Positions 28,580-38,213 of a DNA stretch of 64,000 nt are shown here, piece by piece. Numbering within the stretch: the first letter of the stretch is position 1; the number at the start of each line of letters is the position of its first letter. The stretch spans positions 3,437-67,436 of the forward strand of contig JAIEMM010000012.1 in assembly GCA_019752125.1 (NCBI GenBank). Direction: 5' to 3'. The DNA is from Patescibacteria group bacterium (GTDB lineage: Bacteria; Patescibacteriota; Minisyncoccia; Phycocordibacterales; SBAW01). Both the position numbers and the translations under genes were made by a program. Below the pieces are notes generated by a model that did no database searches, was not told the DNA's origin, and was given only the letters and a program-made list of their open reading frames with translations.

Positions 28580-29020
28580 ATGCAACTTCACGAACTTAAA
28601 CGCAAAACTGAAAATAAGGAAACCAAAAAGGTTGGCCGTGGTGGGTCCAGGGGTAAGACCTCTGGCCGTGGTACTAAGGGTCAGAACGCACGCGCAGGTC
28701 ACAAGAAGCGCCCAGAAATCCGCGAAATCTTGAAGAAGCTTCCTAAGCGCCGCGGTCGTGGTATCGCAGGTCTTGTCAGCATCAAAAACAAGCCGTCAGT
28801 TGTAAATGTCTCATCTATCGAGAAAGCATTTACAGCAGGGGAGACCATTACAGCAAAGTTGTTGCTTGAACATGGTATCGTACGTGGACGCAAGGGTGTC
28901 ACTCCAGTAGTAAAGATTTTGGGCGACGGTGAGCTCACAAAGAAGTTCACGTTCTCAGGTCTCGTTGTTTCAGCATCTGCAAAAGAAAAAATAGAAAAAG
29001 CCGGAGGTTCGATCGCATAA
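28580..29020 (+). CDS. rplO: 50S ribosomal protein L15
   Basis: 146 aa L15. Confidence 0.9.
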   Translation: MQLHELKRKTENKETKKVGRGGSRGKTSGRGTKGQNARAGHKKRPEIREILKKLPKRRGRGIAGLVSIKNKPSVVNVSSIEKAFTAGETITAKLLLEHGIVRGRKGVTPVVKILGDGELTKKFTFSGLVVSASAKEKIEKAGGSIA

Positions 29021-29031
29021 ATACATACTAT

Positions 29032-30303
29032 ATGGGAAGTTTTTCTGAAAAATTAACGCTTCTCCTCACAGACAAGCTGTTGCGTAACCGCTTGTTGTTT
29101 GTGTTTGGCGCACTTGCTGTATTTCGTGTGCTTGCCTCTATCCCAATTCCTGGTATTGATGTCGCCCAGCTTACGCTTTTCTTCAACAACAACCAATTCT
29201 TTGGCCTCTTAAACCTCTTCTCAGGTGGCGGGTTGAGCAATCTTTCCCTCGTACTCCTCGGCGTTGGCCCATACATCACCGCGTCTATCATTCTCCAGCT
29301 TCTTACTATGATGGTGCCAGCACTTAAACAGCTGTACCAGGAAGAAGGGGAGATAGGTCGTCAGAAATTTAGCCAATACACCCGTTTTCTCACACTTCCT
29401 CTTGCTGTTGTGCAGGGCATCAGCTTCCTGTTGATCTTGCAGCGTGAAGGTATTATGCCTGGCCTCACGTCATTCCAGTTTGGCGTTAACCTCCTTGTTA
29501 TTGTCGCAGGCTCACTACTCTTGATGTGGATCGGCGAACTTATTTCTGAGTTCGGTCTTGGTAACGGCGTTTCAGTACTTATCTTTGCCGGTATCGTTGC
29601 CCGCCTACCTCGCGATGCTTCACAGTTGTTGTTTTCGTTCAACGCATCGCAGCTTCCTGTATACATCGCGTTTATCGCGGCAGCTATAGCTATTGTTGCG
29701 GCGGTTGTAGTTATTACAGAAGCGGAACGTCCAGTGCCGGTGACATATGCAAAACGCGTACGCGGCATGAAGTTCTTCGGTGGCGCTTCTACCTACCTCC
29801 CACTTCGCCTTAACCAGGCAGGTGTTATCCCAATCATCTTTGCGCTCTCACTTCTTTTGATTCCACAAATGATAGCAAGCTTCTTCGCGACGTCGTCTAT
29901 TGGATGGCTTGCAAGCGCTTCACATACAGTCATGAGCCTCTTCCAGCACCTTGGTGTGTACGGAGCAGTCTACTTCGTGCTTGTATTTCTCTTTACGTAC
30001 TTCTACACTGCGGTCACGTTTGACCCACATCAGATCTCAGAGAACCTCCAGAAGAACGGCGCATTCATTCCAGGTGTTCGCCCAGGCGGCTCAACCATGG
30101 AATATCTAGGTCGCGTTATCACTCGGATCACCTTTGTTGGCGCGCTCTTCCTTGGTGTCATTGCCGTACTCCCAATCATCATGCAGTCTCTCACGGGCAT
30201 CACATCACTCGCACTTGGTGGCACCGCACTCCTCATCGTTGTCTCAGTCATCCTTGATCTTGCACGCCGCATTGACGCGCAAATCTCAATCCGCGAATAT
30301 TAA
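29032..30303 (+). CDS. secY: preprotein translocase SecY
   Basis: 423 aa, 10-TM SecY signature. Confidence 0.95.
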   Translation: MGSFSEKLTLLLTDKLLRNRLLFVFGALAVFRVLASIPIPGIDVAQLTLFFNNNQFFGLLNLFSGGGLSNLSLVLLGVGPYITASIILQLLTMMVPALKQLYQEEGEIGRQKFSQYTRFLTLPLAVVQGISFLLILQREGIMPGLTSFQFGVNLLVIVAGSLLLMWIGELISEFGLGNGVSVLIFAGIVARLPRDASQLLFSFNASQLPVYIAFIAAAIAIVAAVVVITEAERPVPVTYAKRVRGMKFFGGASTYLPLRLNQAGVIPIIFALSLLLIPQMIASFFATSSIGWLASASHTVMSLFQHLGVYGAVYFVLVFLFTYFYTAVTFDPHQISENLQKNGAFIPGVRPGGSTMEYLGRVITRITFVGALFLGVIAVLPIIMQSLTGITSLALGGTALLIVVSVILDLARRIDAQISIREY

Positions 30304-30306
30304 GCA

Positions 30307-30882
30307 ATGAAAGGCAAACTCATTCTTGTTGTCGGGCCGACCGGTAGCGGAAAGGGGACACTCCTCTCGTATTTACGCGAAACAGAAGGAAGCTCGTATG
30401 TCTTTCCTATATCGTGCACTACCCGCGCACCTCGTCCTGGAGAAAAAGACGGAGAGACGTACTATTTCTTAACAAAAGAAGAATTTGAAAAGCGCGAAGC
30501 GCAGGGCGATTTCCTTGAATGGGCTGCGTACGGCAGCAATTACTACGGCACGCTAAAATCAGAAATCCTTCCGTTTATAGAACAAGGTAAAACGGTTATT
30601 CGAGAAGTTGAGGTTCAGGGTGCCCGTCAGATCCAGACATTGATTTCTAAGGATGATCTTCAAATTATCTTTATTGATGCCGGGGAATGGGCGGATCTTG
30701 AGCGTCGCATTCTTGCACGCGCCTCCATGAGTGAAGTTGAACTGCTCGCGCGCCGCAAGCGTTACGAAGACGAACTTACATTTAAAGGTGAAGCCGCTCG
30801 TGTGGTTGTAAATCCTGATGGCGGCCTTGAGCAGGCAAAAATTGATTTTATAAACGCCGTCCATGAATTGGCGGCGCAGTAG
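30307..30882 (+). CDS. gmk: guanylate kinase
   Basis: GPTGSGKGTL P-loop, CTTRAPRPGE..G..Y.F guanylate kinase motifs. Confidence 0.8.
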   Translation: MKGKLILVVGPTGSGKGTLLSYLRETEGSSYVFPISCTTRAPRPGEKDGETYYFLTKEEFEKREAQGDFLEWAAYGSNYYGTLKSEILPFIEQGKTVIREVEVQGARQIQTLISKDDLQIIFIDAGEWADLERRILARASMSEVELLARRKRYEDELTFKGEAARVVVNPDGGLEQAKIDFINAVHELAAQ

Positions 30883-30888
30883 TGTACA

Positions 30889-31488
30889 ATGTCTAGCGTG
30901 AATAAACAGACACTGATATTTCTAGGTCCCCAAGGTTCAGGGAAGGGAACGCAGATAGATTTATTAAAAGAACATCTCGCAAAGGTTGATACGGGCCGCA
31001 CCATACTCCAGTTTGGAATGGGGCAAGGTCTTCGTGAGCTTGCAACCCACGCAGATTTTACTGGCAAAAAAACTGATGCAATTTTGCGAGCCGGCGGCCT
31101 TATTCCGTATTCAGTAAGCTGTGCAGTATTTGCTCAGTATCTGATGAACAACGCACAAGGAGACGAACACATCATCATTGATGGGTTCCCACGTACTCCA
31201 GACCAGGTGCCAATGCTCGACTCAGCGCTCGATTTTTTTGAAGCAAAGCCTGCAACTGTTGTGTGCATCAATATATCCGATGAAGAGGCGGTAACGCGTC
31301 TTTTGAAACGTGGCCGCAATGACGATACAGAAGAAGGTATTCGCAAACGTCTTGCATGGTCTCGCAAAGATACTATGCCTAACGTTGAATGGTTCCGCGC
31401 AAACCCATCATACAAAGTGCTCGACATAGACGGCGAGCGTAGTGTTGAAGAAATTCAAAAAGATATCATCGCACAGCTCGGTTTATAA
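30889..31488 (+). CDS. adk: adenylate kinase
   Basis: GPQGSGKGTQ P-loop; adk position after secY. Confidence 0.9.
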   Translation: MSSVNKQTLIFLGPQGSGKGTQIDLLKEHLAKVDTGRTILQFGMGQGLRELATHADFTGKKTDAILRAGGLIPYSVSCAVFAQYLMNNAQGDEHIIIDGFPRTPDQVPMLDSALDFFEAKPATVVCINISDEEAVTRLLKRGRNDDTEEGIRKRLAWSRKDTMPNVEWFRANPSYKVLDIDGERSVEEIQKDIIAQLGL

Positions 31489-31491
31489 AAA

Positions 31492-32259
31492 ATGATTGCG
31501 ACATCTCAAGCAGAAATAGAACAACTCAGGATTTCGGGCAAGATTCTTGCAGAAGTTTTGAAGGAGTGTATCCAAATGGTGAAGCCGGGGGTTACTACGG
31601 CCGCTCTTGATATTGCTGCAGAAAAAGGGATTCGCGATAGAGGTGGAGTACCAGTGTTTTTGAACTACAAACCATCTGGTGCTTCGTACCCATATCCAGC
31701 AGCACTTTGCGTGACTATCAATGATGAAGTTGCACACGGTATACCAAGCGAGGATCGAGTTATTCAAGAAGGCGATATCGTTTCTCTTGACCTCGGTGTC
31801 TCATACAACGGCTATGTTACTGATGCAGCGCTTGCGTGCATCGCGGGAGAAGGGGATGAAGATTCAAAACGTCTCCTTGAAGCGGCTCGGGAGACCTTGA
31901 AAGTCGCGCTCAGCGCGATGAAAGCAGGTGCGCACGCAGAAGATGCGGGTGCTGCAGTAGAACTTGTTGCAAAAAAATATAAGGTCGCGATTGTAGAAGA
32001 TTTGGGAGGACACGGAGTAGGAAAAGGTGTTCATGAAAAACCATATATCTCAAACGTTGGCACAAAAGGGAAGGGCGAAATTTTGCCTGCGGGGATGGTC
32101 CTTGCGCTTGAGCCGCATCTTACGCTCGGCAAGGGCGATATCGTGCTTGAAGACGACCAGTGGACCTATTCAACTCTCGACGGCTCCCGCGCTGCACACT
32201 TTGAGCAGACTATTATGCTCACTGAGAATGGGTGTGAAATCCTAACGCCGCTCTTGTAA
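31492..32259 (+). CDS. map: methionine aminopeptidase type I
   Basis: 255 aa pita-bread fold motifs. Confidence 0.9.
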   Translation: MIATSQAEIEQLRISGKILAEVLKECIQMVKPGVTTAALDIAAEKGIRDRGGVPVFLNYKPSGASYPYPAALCVTINDEVAHGIPSEDRVIQEGDIVSLDLGVSYNGYVTDAALACIAGEGDEDSKRLLEAARETLKVALSAMKAGAHAEDAGAAVELVAKKYKVAIVEDLGGHGVGKGVHEKPYISNVGTKGKGEILPAGMVLALEPHLTLGKGDIVLEDDQWTYSTLDGSRAAHFEQTIMLTENGCEILTPLL

Positions 32260-32287
32260 TTTTCCGTATATATTGTAGAGTAGCGCA

Positions 32288-32872
32288 ATGATACATCCGA
32301 AGGAGGAAAAGACGTTTGTGCTTATTAAGCCAGACGGCGTCCGTAAGGGTTTGGTGGGGGAGATTCTAAATCGCTTCGAGCGTCGCGACCTTAAGGTTGT
32401 TGCTCTGGAGATGTTCCAGCCGACCCGCGCCGAAATGGATAATCACTATCCTAAGGATGAGAAGTGGATTGCGCGCATAGGTGAACGCACATCTGCAACC
32501 TATTCAAAATACGGCCATGACATTAAGCGTGACTTCGGCACTACCGACACGGTTAAGATCGGGAAAGAGGTGCGCAAGTGGCTTATCGAGTTCATGATAT
32601 CGGCACCTCTCGTCAAAATGGTTGTCCAGGGTCCGCATGCAGTAGATATGGTTCGCAAGATTGTCGGACCTACAATGCCGTATTTGGCCGAAATGGGTAC
32701 CATCCGCGGAGACTATTCAGCTGACTCAGCAATTTCAGCCAATATAGAAAAGCGCGCAATATACAACCTCATCCATGCGTCAGAAACTCCTGAAGAAGCA
32801 AAGCACGAAATCAGCCATTGGTTTGGCAAAAACGCCATCTATAAATACAAACGTTTCGGTGTAGACGAGTAA
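32288..32872 (+). CDS. ndk: nucleoside diphosphate kinase (with insertion)
   Basis: TFVLIKPDGV...NLIHASE (cf NIIHGSD); 194 aa. Confidence 0.75.
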   Translation: MIHPKEEKTFVLIKPDGVRKGLVGEILNRFERRDLKVVALEMFQPTRAEMDNHYPKDEKWIARIGERTSATYSKYGHDIKRDFGTTDTVKIGKEVRKWLIEFMISAPLVKMVVQGPHAVDMVRKIVGPTMPYLAEMGTIRGDYSADSAISANIEKRAIYNLIHASETPEEAKHEISHWFGKNAIYKYKRFGVDE

Positions 32873-32912
32873 TTTAGAAATATTTCATCTAGTAGTTTGA
32901 TATACTAGTGCT

Positions 32913-33125
32913 ATGTATACTGCTGCATTCAAAAAAGATGGTAAGTGGATTGCGGCCTGGATTGAAGAAGTTCCCGGTGTGGTTACCCAAGGACGTACTC
33001 TCAAAGAAGCCCGAGAAAATCTCCAAGAAGCATTACAGCTTATGTTAGAGATTAATAGGGAGTCGGCGGTAAAAACTTATAAAGGAAAAATACGTCGGGA
33101 ACGCTTTATCTTAAAAGGTGCGTGA
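32913..33125 (+). CDS. hicB: HicB-family antitoxin (UPF0150-like)
   Basis: 70 aa, ...EEVPGVVTQGRTLKEARENLQEALQLML... Confidence 0.6.
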   Translation: MYTAAFKKDGKWIAAWIEEVPGVVTQGRTLKEARENLQEALQLMLEINRESAVKTYKGKIRRERFILKGA

Positions 33126-33316
33126 AACGGCGCGATTTAATCGCGTATCTTGAATACCACAACTGCGTATTTTCCCGAGAAGGTGCCAACCACACAATTT
33201 ATATAAATACTCGGAATAATCGGAGAAGTGCTGTCCCGCGGCATACAGAAATTAGTCCGTGGGTAAGTAAGAAAATCTGCATGTTTCTGCGTATACCTCC
33301 ACCCCGAACAAAATAG
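33122..33316 (+). CDS. hicA: HicA-family mRNA interferase toxin
   Basis: 64 aa KRRDLIAYLEYHNCVFSREGANHTIY... YcfA/HicA-like; overlaps hicB stop by 4 nt. Confidence 0.6.
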   Translation: MKRRDLIAYLEYHNCVFSREGANHTIYINTRNNRRSAVPRHTEISPWVSKKICMFLRIPPPRTK

Positions 33317-33366
33317 CTCTGCTTGCAGCTTTGGACAAAATGATATACTAGAAGCAGACTGCTGGG

Positions 33367-33500
33367 GCAAATGTCCTTAAGTGAATCTTCCGGGAGCTCG
33401 CTGTCCGGACACTCTGTGGAGTGCTCGGTAGGGCACCCACCTAACACAGGGAGACACTTGCTCCTGCGGTCTACAAAGAACCCCCTTAAGGGGATTTTTT
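33367..33500 (+). promoter_or_regulatory. candidate structured 5' leader/riboswitch-like element ending in a terminator (33479-33500) 12 nt before the RNase gene
   Basis: ~135-nt GC-rich non-coding stretch; aaccccc-ttaa-ggggatttttt terminator directly upstream of the GTG start. Confidence 0.3.
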
Positions 33501-33511
33501 GTTGATATACT

Positions 33512-34885
33512 GTGTCAGTGCAGTCAACAATATACTTTTACGGGGGCGCAGGAACAGTCACAGGTTCTAATTTTTTATTAGATACGGGTGGTGCAAAATT
33601 TTTAATAGACTGCGGGCTCTTTCAGGGCGCACACGCCTTTGATGATGAAAACTGGAAACCGTTTCCATTTGATCCATCTAGCATTACGCATCTCATAAAT
33701 ACGCATGCACACATCGACCATATTGGCCGTATACCGAAGCTGGTAAAAGATGGGTATCGGGGACGAATACTTTCAACTGAAGCAACAAAGTCACTTGCTG
33801 AGCCAATGCTCTTAGATGCAATGGAGCTGTCGCGTAAAACAGCGCTCAAAATCGGCAAAGAGCCACTGTATACCGAAGATGATATTGTCCAAGCCCTGTC
33901 GCAGTGGGATACGGTGCCGTACCACAAGAAAGTTGAATTGCCCGACGGGGTGACAGTGGAATTTTTGAACAGCGGACATATCTTAGGTTCTGCGATGGCA
34001 AAATTTACCCGTGGAGAAAAATCCATTGTGTTTACGGGAGACTTGGGCGGAGGCGCTTCGCCGCTCTTGGCTGCGTGCGAAATTCCCCAGGGCATAGACT
34101 ACATGGTTATGGAAAGTGTCTACGGTGACAGGACACAAAGCGACAAGTCGCGCGAGAGTCGTCTGGAGCAGCTTGCGGCACGGATAAAAGAAGTGGCACA
34201 GTCGCATGGCACATTGCTTATCCCGGCATTTTCTACTGAACGTACACAGGATTTAATCTTCGATATACGTGAATTGCTCCACGATAAAAAAGTCCCTTCA
34301 ATGCCCGTGTTTCTCGATTCTCCGCTTGCGCAGAAGATTACGGCAAGTTATGTAAGCCATCCGCAGTACTTCAGTGAGGATATGCAGGAGCGCATGAAGG
34401 CAGGAGAGCATCTCTTTGAGTTTGACGGACTGCACTATATCCATGATGCGGAGGAATCACGTAATATAGGCTCACGCAGTGGCCCTAGAATTATTATCGC
34501 AGGCTCTGGCATGAGTAATGGCGGCCGCGTTGTACAACACGAGCTTGATGTGCTTGGCGACACCCGCTCCACCATTCTTATTGTCGGATACCAGGCCGCA
34601 GGAAGCTTGGGCCGTAAGTTGGCCGAAGGTTTTAAAAGCGTGCCTATCAAAGGAAAGAAAATCTCTGTTCGCTGCCGTATCGAAAAAATCTACAGCTATT
34701 CAGCACACATGGACGGCTCGCAGCTACTTGAATTTGTTGAACAAATTGGACCATCGCTTACACAAGTGTTTGTAACCATGGGGGAGCCTGCATCGTCTGC
34801 ATTTTTAGCGCAGCGTATTCGTGAATACGCCGGCATCCAGGCACTTACTCCAGATGCAGGCACCGAGCAACAAGTAGAGTTATAA
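33512..34885 (+). CDS. MBL-fold beta-CASP family RNA-processing ribonuclease (CPSF73/RNase J-like)
   Basis: GTG start; HAHIDHIG metallo-beta-lactamase motif and beta-CASP region; 457 aa. Confidence 0.75.
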   Translation: MSVQSTIYFYGGAGTVTGSNFLLDTGGAKFLIDCGLFQGAHAFDDENWKPFPFDPSSITHLINTHAHIDHIGRIPKLVKDGYRGRILSTEATKSLAEPMLLDAMELSRKTALKIGKEPLYTEDDIVQALSQWDTVPYHKKVELPDGVTVEFLNSGHILGSAMAKFTRGEKSIVFTGDLGGGASPLLAACEIPQGIDYMVMESVYGDRTQSDKSRESRLEQLAARIKEVAQSHGTLLIPAFSTERTQDLIFDIRELLHDKKVPSMPVFLDSPLAQKITASYVSHPQYFSEDMQERMKAGEHLFEFDGLHYIHDAEESRNIGSRSGPRIIIAGSGMSNGGRVVQHELDVLGDTRSTILIVGYQAAGSLGRKLAEGFKSVPIKGKKISVRCRIEKIYSYSAHMDGSQLLEFVEQIGPSLTQVFVTMGEPASSAFLAQRIREYAGIQALTPDAGTEQQVEL

Positions 34886-34892
34886 TTGAGCG

Positions 34893-35495
34893 ATGGAATT
34901 ACTCGAACAAGGGCAGAAAATAAAACTTGGCGTGTCGGGTGCCGCAGAGACTGGACACTGCGGGATAGATGCATATGAAAAGGGGATGGAGCTTGGGCGA
35001 CAGATTGCTGCGCAAGGAGCAATCCTTCTTACAGGAGCTACTACAGGGTTCCCAATGTGGTCGGCTATGGGCACTAAAGAGGCGAATGGTATTTCCATAG
35101 GTGTTTCTCCAGCAAATTCAGAAAAAGAGCATATCGAAACCTACAATTTGCCGCTCGAGTACATGGATCTAATTTTGTACACAGGCTTTGGTTTTCCTGG
35201 GCGGGATATTATTTTCACACATTCATCCGATGGCATGCTCTTTGGGTGCGGGCGCATTGGTACCGTACATGAATTTACCGTAGCGTTTGAGGATGGAAAA
35301 CCAATAGGCATTCTTGAAGGCTCATGGGACACAGATGAAGTCATTAAGGATATATTGGCCAACGGCCATCGACCCAACGACAACATTGTGTTTGATAGTG
35401 ACCCTAAAATTCTTGTCGAAAAGGTACTAGAGCTCGTAAAAAAGAATAGGGCAGCCAGATCGGCTACCCATATTCCTGTTACTGCTCAGGTTTAG
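34893..35495 (+). CDS. LOG/TIGR00725-like Rossmann-fold protein
   Basis: GVSGAAETGHCGIDAYEKGMELGRQIAAQGAILLTGATTG pattern. Confidence 0.55.
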   Translation: MELLEQGQKIKLGVSGAAETGHCGIDAYEKGMELGRQIAAQGAILLTGATTGFPMWSAMGTKEANGISIGVSPANSEKEHIETYNLPLEYMDLILYTGFGFPGRDIIFTHSSDGMLFGCGRIGTVHEFTVAFEDGKPIGILEGSWDTDEVIKDILANGHRPNDNIVFDSDPKILVEKVLELVKKNRAARSATHIPVTAQV

Positions 35496-35496
35496 T

Positions 35497-35847
35497 TTAT
35501 TTTACTTTTGCTACGATTCGAGCAAAGGTTTCTGGAGACTGTTCTGCGAGGGCAGAAAGCATTTTGCGGTTTATTTCGATATTGGCTTTCTTGAGTGCGC
35601 CGATGAATTTGCTGTATGAGAACTTTTCGTCGATCATGTCGAGACCTGCGTTGATGCGAACGTTCCAGAGCTTGCGATAATCGTTCTTCTTGTCGCGGCG
35701 GTGCGCAAATGCATATTTGCCGGCGTGGAAGATAGCTTCACGTGCCTGCTTCTTTTTTGTAGAGCGGCCAAAGCGGTAGCCTTTGGTCATCGCAAGAATA
35801 TTCTTGCGGCGTTTTAGTGAATTTACTCCTCCTTTTGAGCGTGCCAT
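35497..35847 (-). CDS. rplT: 50S ribosomal protein L20
   Basis: 116 aa L20. Confidence 0.9.
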   Translation of the reverse strand: MARSKGGVNSLKRRKNILAMTKGYRFGRSTKKKQAREAIFHAGKYAFAHRRDKKNDYRKLWNVRINAGLDMIDEKFSYSKFIGALKKANIEINRKMLSALAEQSPETFARIVAKVK

Positions 35848-35865
35848 AGTAGTGATTTAATAGAA

Positions 35866-36078
35866 TTAACGTTTTGATGGGGAAACAGTGCCAATATAGC
35901 GCTGCGAAACCTTTGCGGACAAAGAAAGTAGTTGAGAACGGTTACCGGCCATCTGGGTTGAACGACCCTCTTTTGCATTGAAATGGTTCTGTCCTGGCTT
36001 GCGGGCAACTATCTTACCGTTCTTGGTAATCTTGATGCGCTTCGTAAATGATTTGTTGGTTTTCATGGGGTTTTTCAA
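35866..36078 (-). CDS. rpmI: 50S ribosomal protein L35
   Basis: 70 aa basic protein in infC-rpmI-rplT context. Confidence 0.8.
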   Translation of the reverse strand: MKNPMKTNKSFTKRIKITKNGKIVARKPGQNHFNAKEGRSTQMAGNRSQLLSLSAKVSQRYIGTVSPSKR

Positions 36079-36080
36079 CC

Positions 36081-36105
36081 AAAAAGGCCCAAATCAGGCC
36101 TTTTT
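36081..36105 (-). promoter_or_regulatory. hairpin between infC and rpmI (aaaaaggcc-caaatca-ggccttttt)
   Basis: Symmetrical stem-loop in the infC-rpmI spacer; possible attenuator. Confidence 0.4.
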
Positions 36106-36155
36106 GAAAGACTCGTGCACTATACCACCAAGGTTCTAGAAGTTCAAGCGAAAGG

Positions 36156-36671
36156 CTATTTCTTGGCACCTGCACGCTCTATCACAGTACTAAGGCCCTT
36201 GGGGCTCTTGGTTATAGGGTCACTGAGCTTATATTCTGCGGGGATGATCTTCAAAAAGCGCTCTAGACGGTCCTTCAAGAATGCGAATTCCATGTACTTG
36301 TAGCGGCCCCATAGAAATAGGTCTACTTTGACGCGGTGCCCTTCTCCTAGCCACTCTGCAGCACGCTTTGCCTTGAGCATCATGTCGTTTTCGCCAGTGC
36401 CTATCTTGACCTGGACGGACTTAGTCTCCGTCGTGTGAGATTTGGCCTTGATTTCTTTTCGTTTCTTTTCCTGTTCGTATTGGTATTTACCGAACTCCAT
36501 TATCTTGGCAACTGGAGGTACGGCGTTAGGGGAGATCTCGATAAGGTCGAGGCCGGCTGCGTCGGCGTGTGCGAGGGCTTCTGCAAGGGTAATTACACCA
36601 AAGTTCTCTCCCTCTGCACCTATGACGCGGAGCTCGGCTGCACGTATTTGTTTATTGATGCGAGTATCCAA
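36156..36671 (-). CDS. infC: translation initiation factor IF-3
   Basis: 171 aa IF3 N and C domains; non-ATG (TTG) start. Confidence 0.9.
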   Translation of the reverse strand: MDTRINKQIRAAELRVIGAEGENFGVITLAEALAHADAAGLDLIEISPNAVPPVAKIMEFGKYQYEQEKKRKEIKAKSHTTETKSVQVKIGTGENDMMLKAKRAAEWLGEGHRVKVDLFLWGRYKYMEFAFLKDRLERFLKIIPAEYKLSDPITKSPKGLSTVIERAGAKK

Positions 36672-36744
36672 AGCGGTTTGTGAAGGCAGTATACCATATC
36701 AGCCCTTTTTAGGTAATGCGGTACAATTACTCACGTCTACTTAT

Positions 36745-37281
36745 ATGGAGGATATACAGAAGCAATTTTCGGACATATTTGAGAAGCATTCTGATGAGCT
36801 CTTCAGACATGCTTTCATGAGGCTCTCGGACCGTGAGCGGGCTTTGGAGCTGACCCAAGAAACCTTCTTTAAGGCATGGAACCATGTCTCAAAGGAAGGC
36901 GCTGAGGAGATCCGCCAGTGGCGCTCCTTTCTATATCGCATTCTCAACAACCTGGTCATCGACGAATACCGCAAGCACAAGACACAGTCATTGGATGCCA
37001 TGCTCGCGAACGAAGAGACCAGCGTTATGATGGAGGGGGAATTACTGCGGGACGAAACCAATGAGCTTGAAGCAGCTATTGTGCGGTTTGATGGTGCGAA
37101 AGCGCTTGCGGCGCTTGAGGAGTTGGGGGAGCAGCACAAGACTGTCCTTATGCTTCGCTATATCGATGGGCTGTCTCCGCGCGAAATCGCAGAAAGTCTT
37201 GGTGAAAGTGAAAATACCGTATCGGTCCGCATTCATCGCGGCATCAAGAAGTTGCAGCAGATCCTTACTCAGGAGAAATAA
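36745..37281 (+). CDS. ECF-type RNA polymerase sigma factor
   Basis: Sigma70 region 2 and region 4 motifs; internal ATG 36745 chosen to avoid overlap with infC. Confidence 0.8.
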   Translation: MEDIQKQFSDIFEKHSDELFRHAFMRLSDRERALELTQETFFKAWNHVSKEGAEEIRQWRSFLYRILNNLVIDEYRKHKTQSLDAMLANEETSVMMEGELLRDETNELEAAIVRFDGAKALAALEELGEQHKTVLMLRYIDGLSPREIAESLGESENTVSVRIHRGIKKLQQILTQEK

Positions 37282-37283
37282 CT

Positions 37284-38156
37284 ATGAACGACCTAGAACA
37301 ACATTTTAAAAAAGCGGCAGAGCAGATCCGCATGACCAGCGACGAAAAGAGCGCGATGCGTTTTCGTATTCAGCAAGAAACAGCTTCAGCTACTCCAGCT
37401 CCTGTTTCTTCAGCCACGCCTAGCCCGTATGTATGGATGTTTGCGCCGCGTTCACTCGCAATGCTCAGCGTTGCGTTGCTTGTGATTTTTTCAACGGGTA
37501 GTGCGTACGCTTCAGAGGGGTCATTGCCCGGTTCTCCTCTTTACCCAGTAAAGACAAAAATTGTAGAGCCTCTAAAGGTTGCGCTTGCGTCAACAGTGCA
37601 GGCTAAGGCGCAGGCAAATGCAGATATTGCACAAGTTCGTGTACAGGAAGCGCAGACCTTGGCTGCAAAGGGAGCGCTCACTCCAGAGGCAGTAAAACAA
37701 ATTTCTGATAACTACAATGAACACGCACGCGCAGCGCTCGCGCTTGCTGCACACATAGACACTCACAATGGGGAAGATGATGATGTTGCTGTTATAACAA
37801 CAACGATGGCGGAGCCAGTAGAGCCTGAAGCGGAACATTCAGATGCGGCCGGTGATGTTGTTGCCGTTGCTCCTACTGCGCCAGTAACATTTTCAGCACG
37901 CATCCAAGAAGCTTCGTCTGAGGACACAGTAGATGAGGCTACTTCCTCTCCTTCAACTATGCGTATTCAGAGAACGATGAAGGCTGTTCCGCCTGTTGCG
38001 ATAAAAGCCACAAGCACGGCAACGACCACTGCGCGACAAAGCAATTCACATGATTTTGTTCGCACACTGCGTGCCTCGCTCTCTGCGCAGGCAGAAATTC
38101 TCCAGCAGCTTAATGAAGAAGTCCACTCGGATAGGGGAGAGAAAGGAGATAAATAA
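37284..38156 (+). CDS. putative anti-sigma factor: N-terminal cytoplasmic segment, one TM, DUF5667-like exo-domain
   Basis: Gene immediately follows sigma; TM helix (MFAPRSLAMLSVALLVIF); LPGSPLYPVK motif. Confidence 0.5.
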   Translation: MNDLEQHFKKAAEQIRMTSDEKSAMRFRIQQETASATPAPVSSATPSPYVWMFAPRSLAMLSVALLVIFSTGSAYASEGSLPGSPLYPVKTKIVEPLKVALASTVQAKAQANADIAQVRVQEAQTLAAKGALTPEAVKQISDNYNEHARAALALAAHIDTHNGEDDDVAVITTTMAEPVEPEAEHSDAAGDVVAVAPTAPVTFSARIQEASSEDTVDEATSSPSTMRIQRTMKAVPPVAIKATSTATTTARQSNSHDFVRTLRASLSAQAEILQQLNEEVHSDRGEKGDK

Positions 38157-38165
38157 TATACATAA

Positions 38166-38194
38166 CAAAAACTCCCTCTACGGGGAGTTTTTGT
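38166..38194. terminator. bidirectional terminator (actccc-tctacg-gggagt)
   Basis: A-run upstream and T-run downstream. Confidence 0.7.
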
Positions 38195-38213
38195 TATGTA
38201 AGAGTTTGGTGTG

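Noticed and set aside
36442-36744. 5' extension of ECF sigma ORF
   Set aside because: Overlaps infC on the opposite strand; sigma region 2 begins after the internal ATG at 36745.
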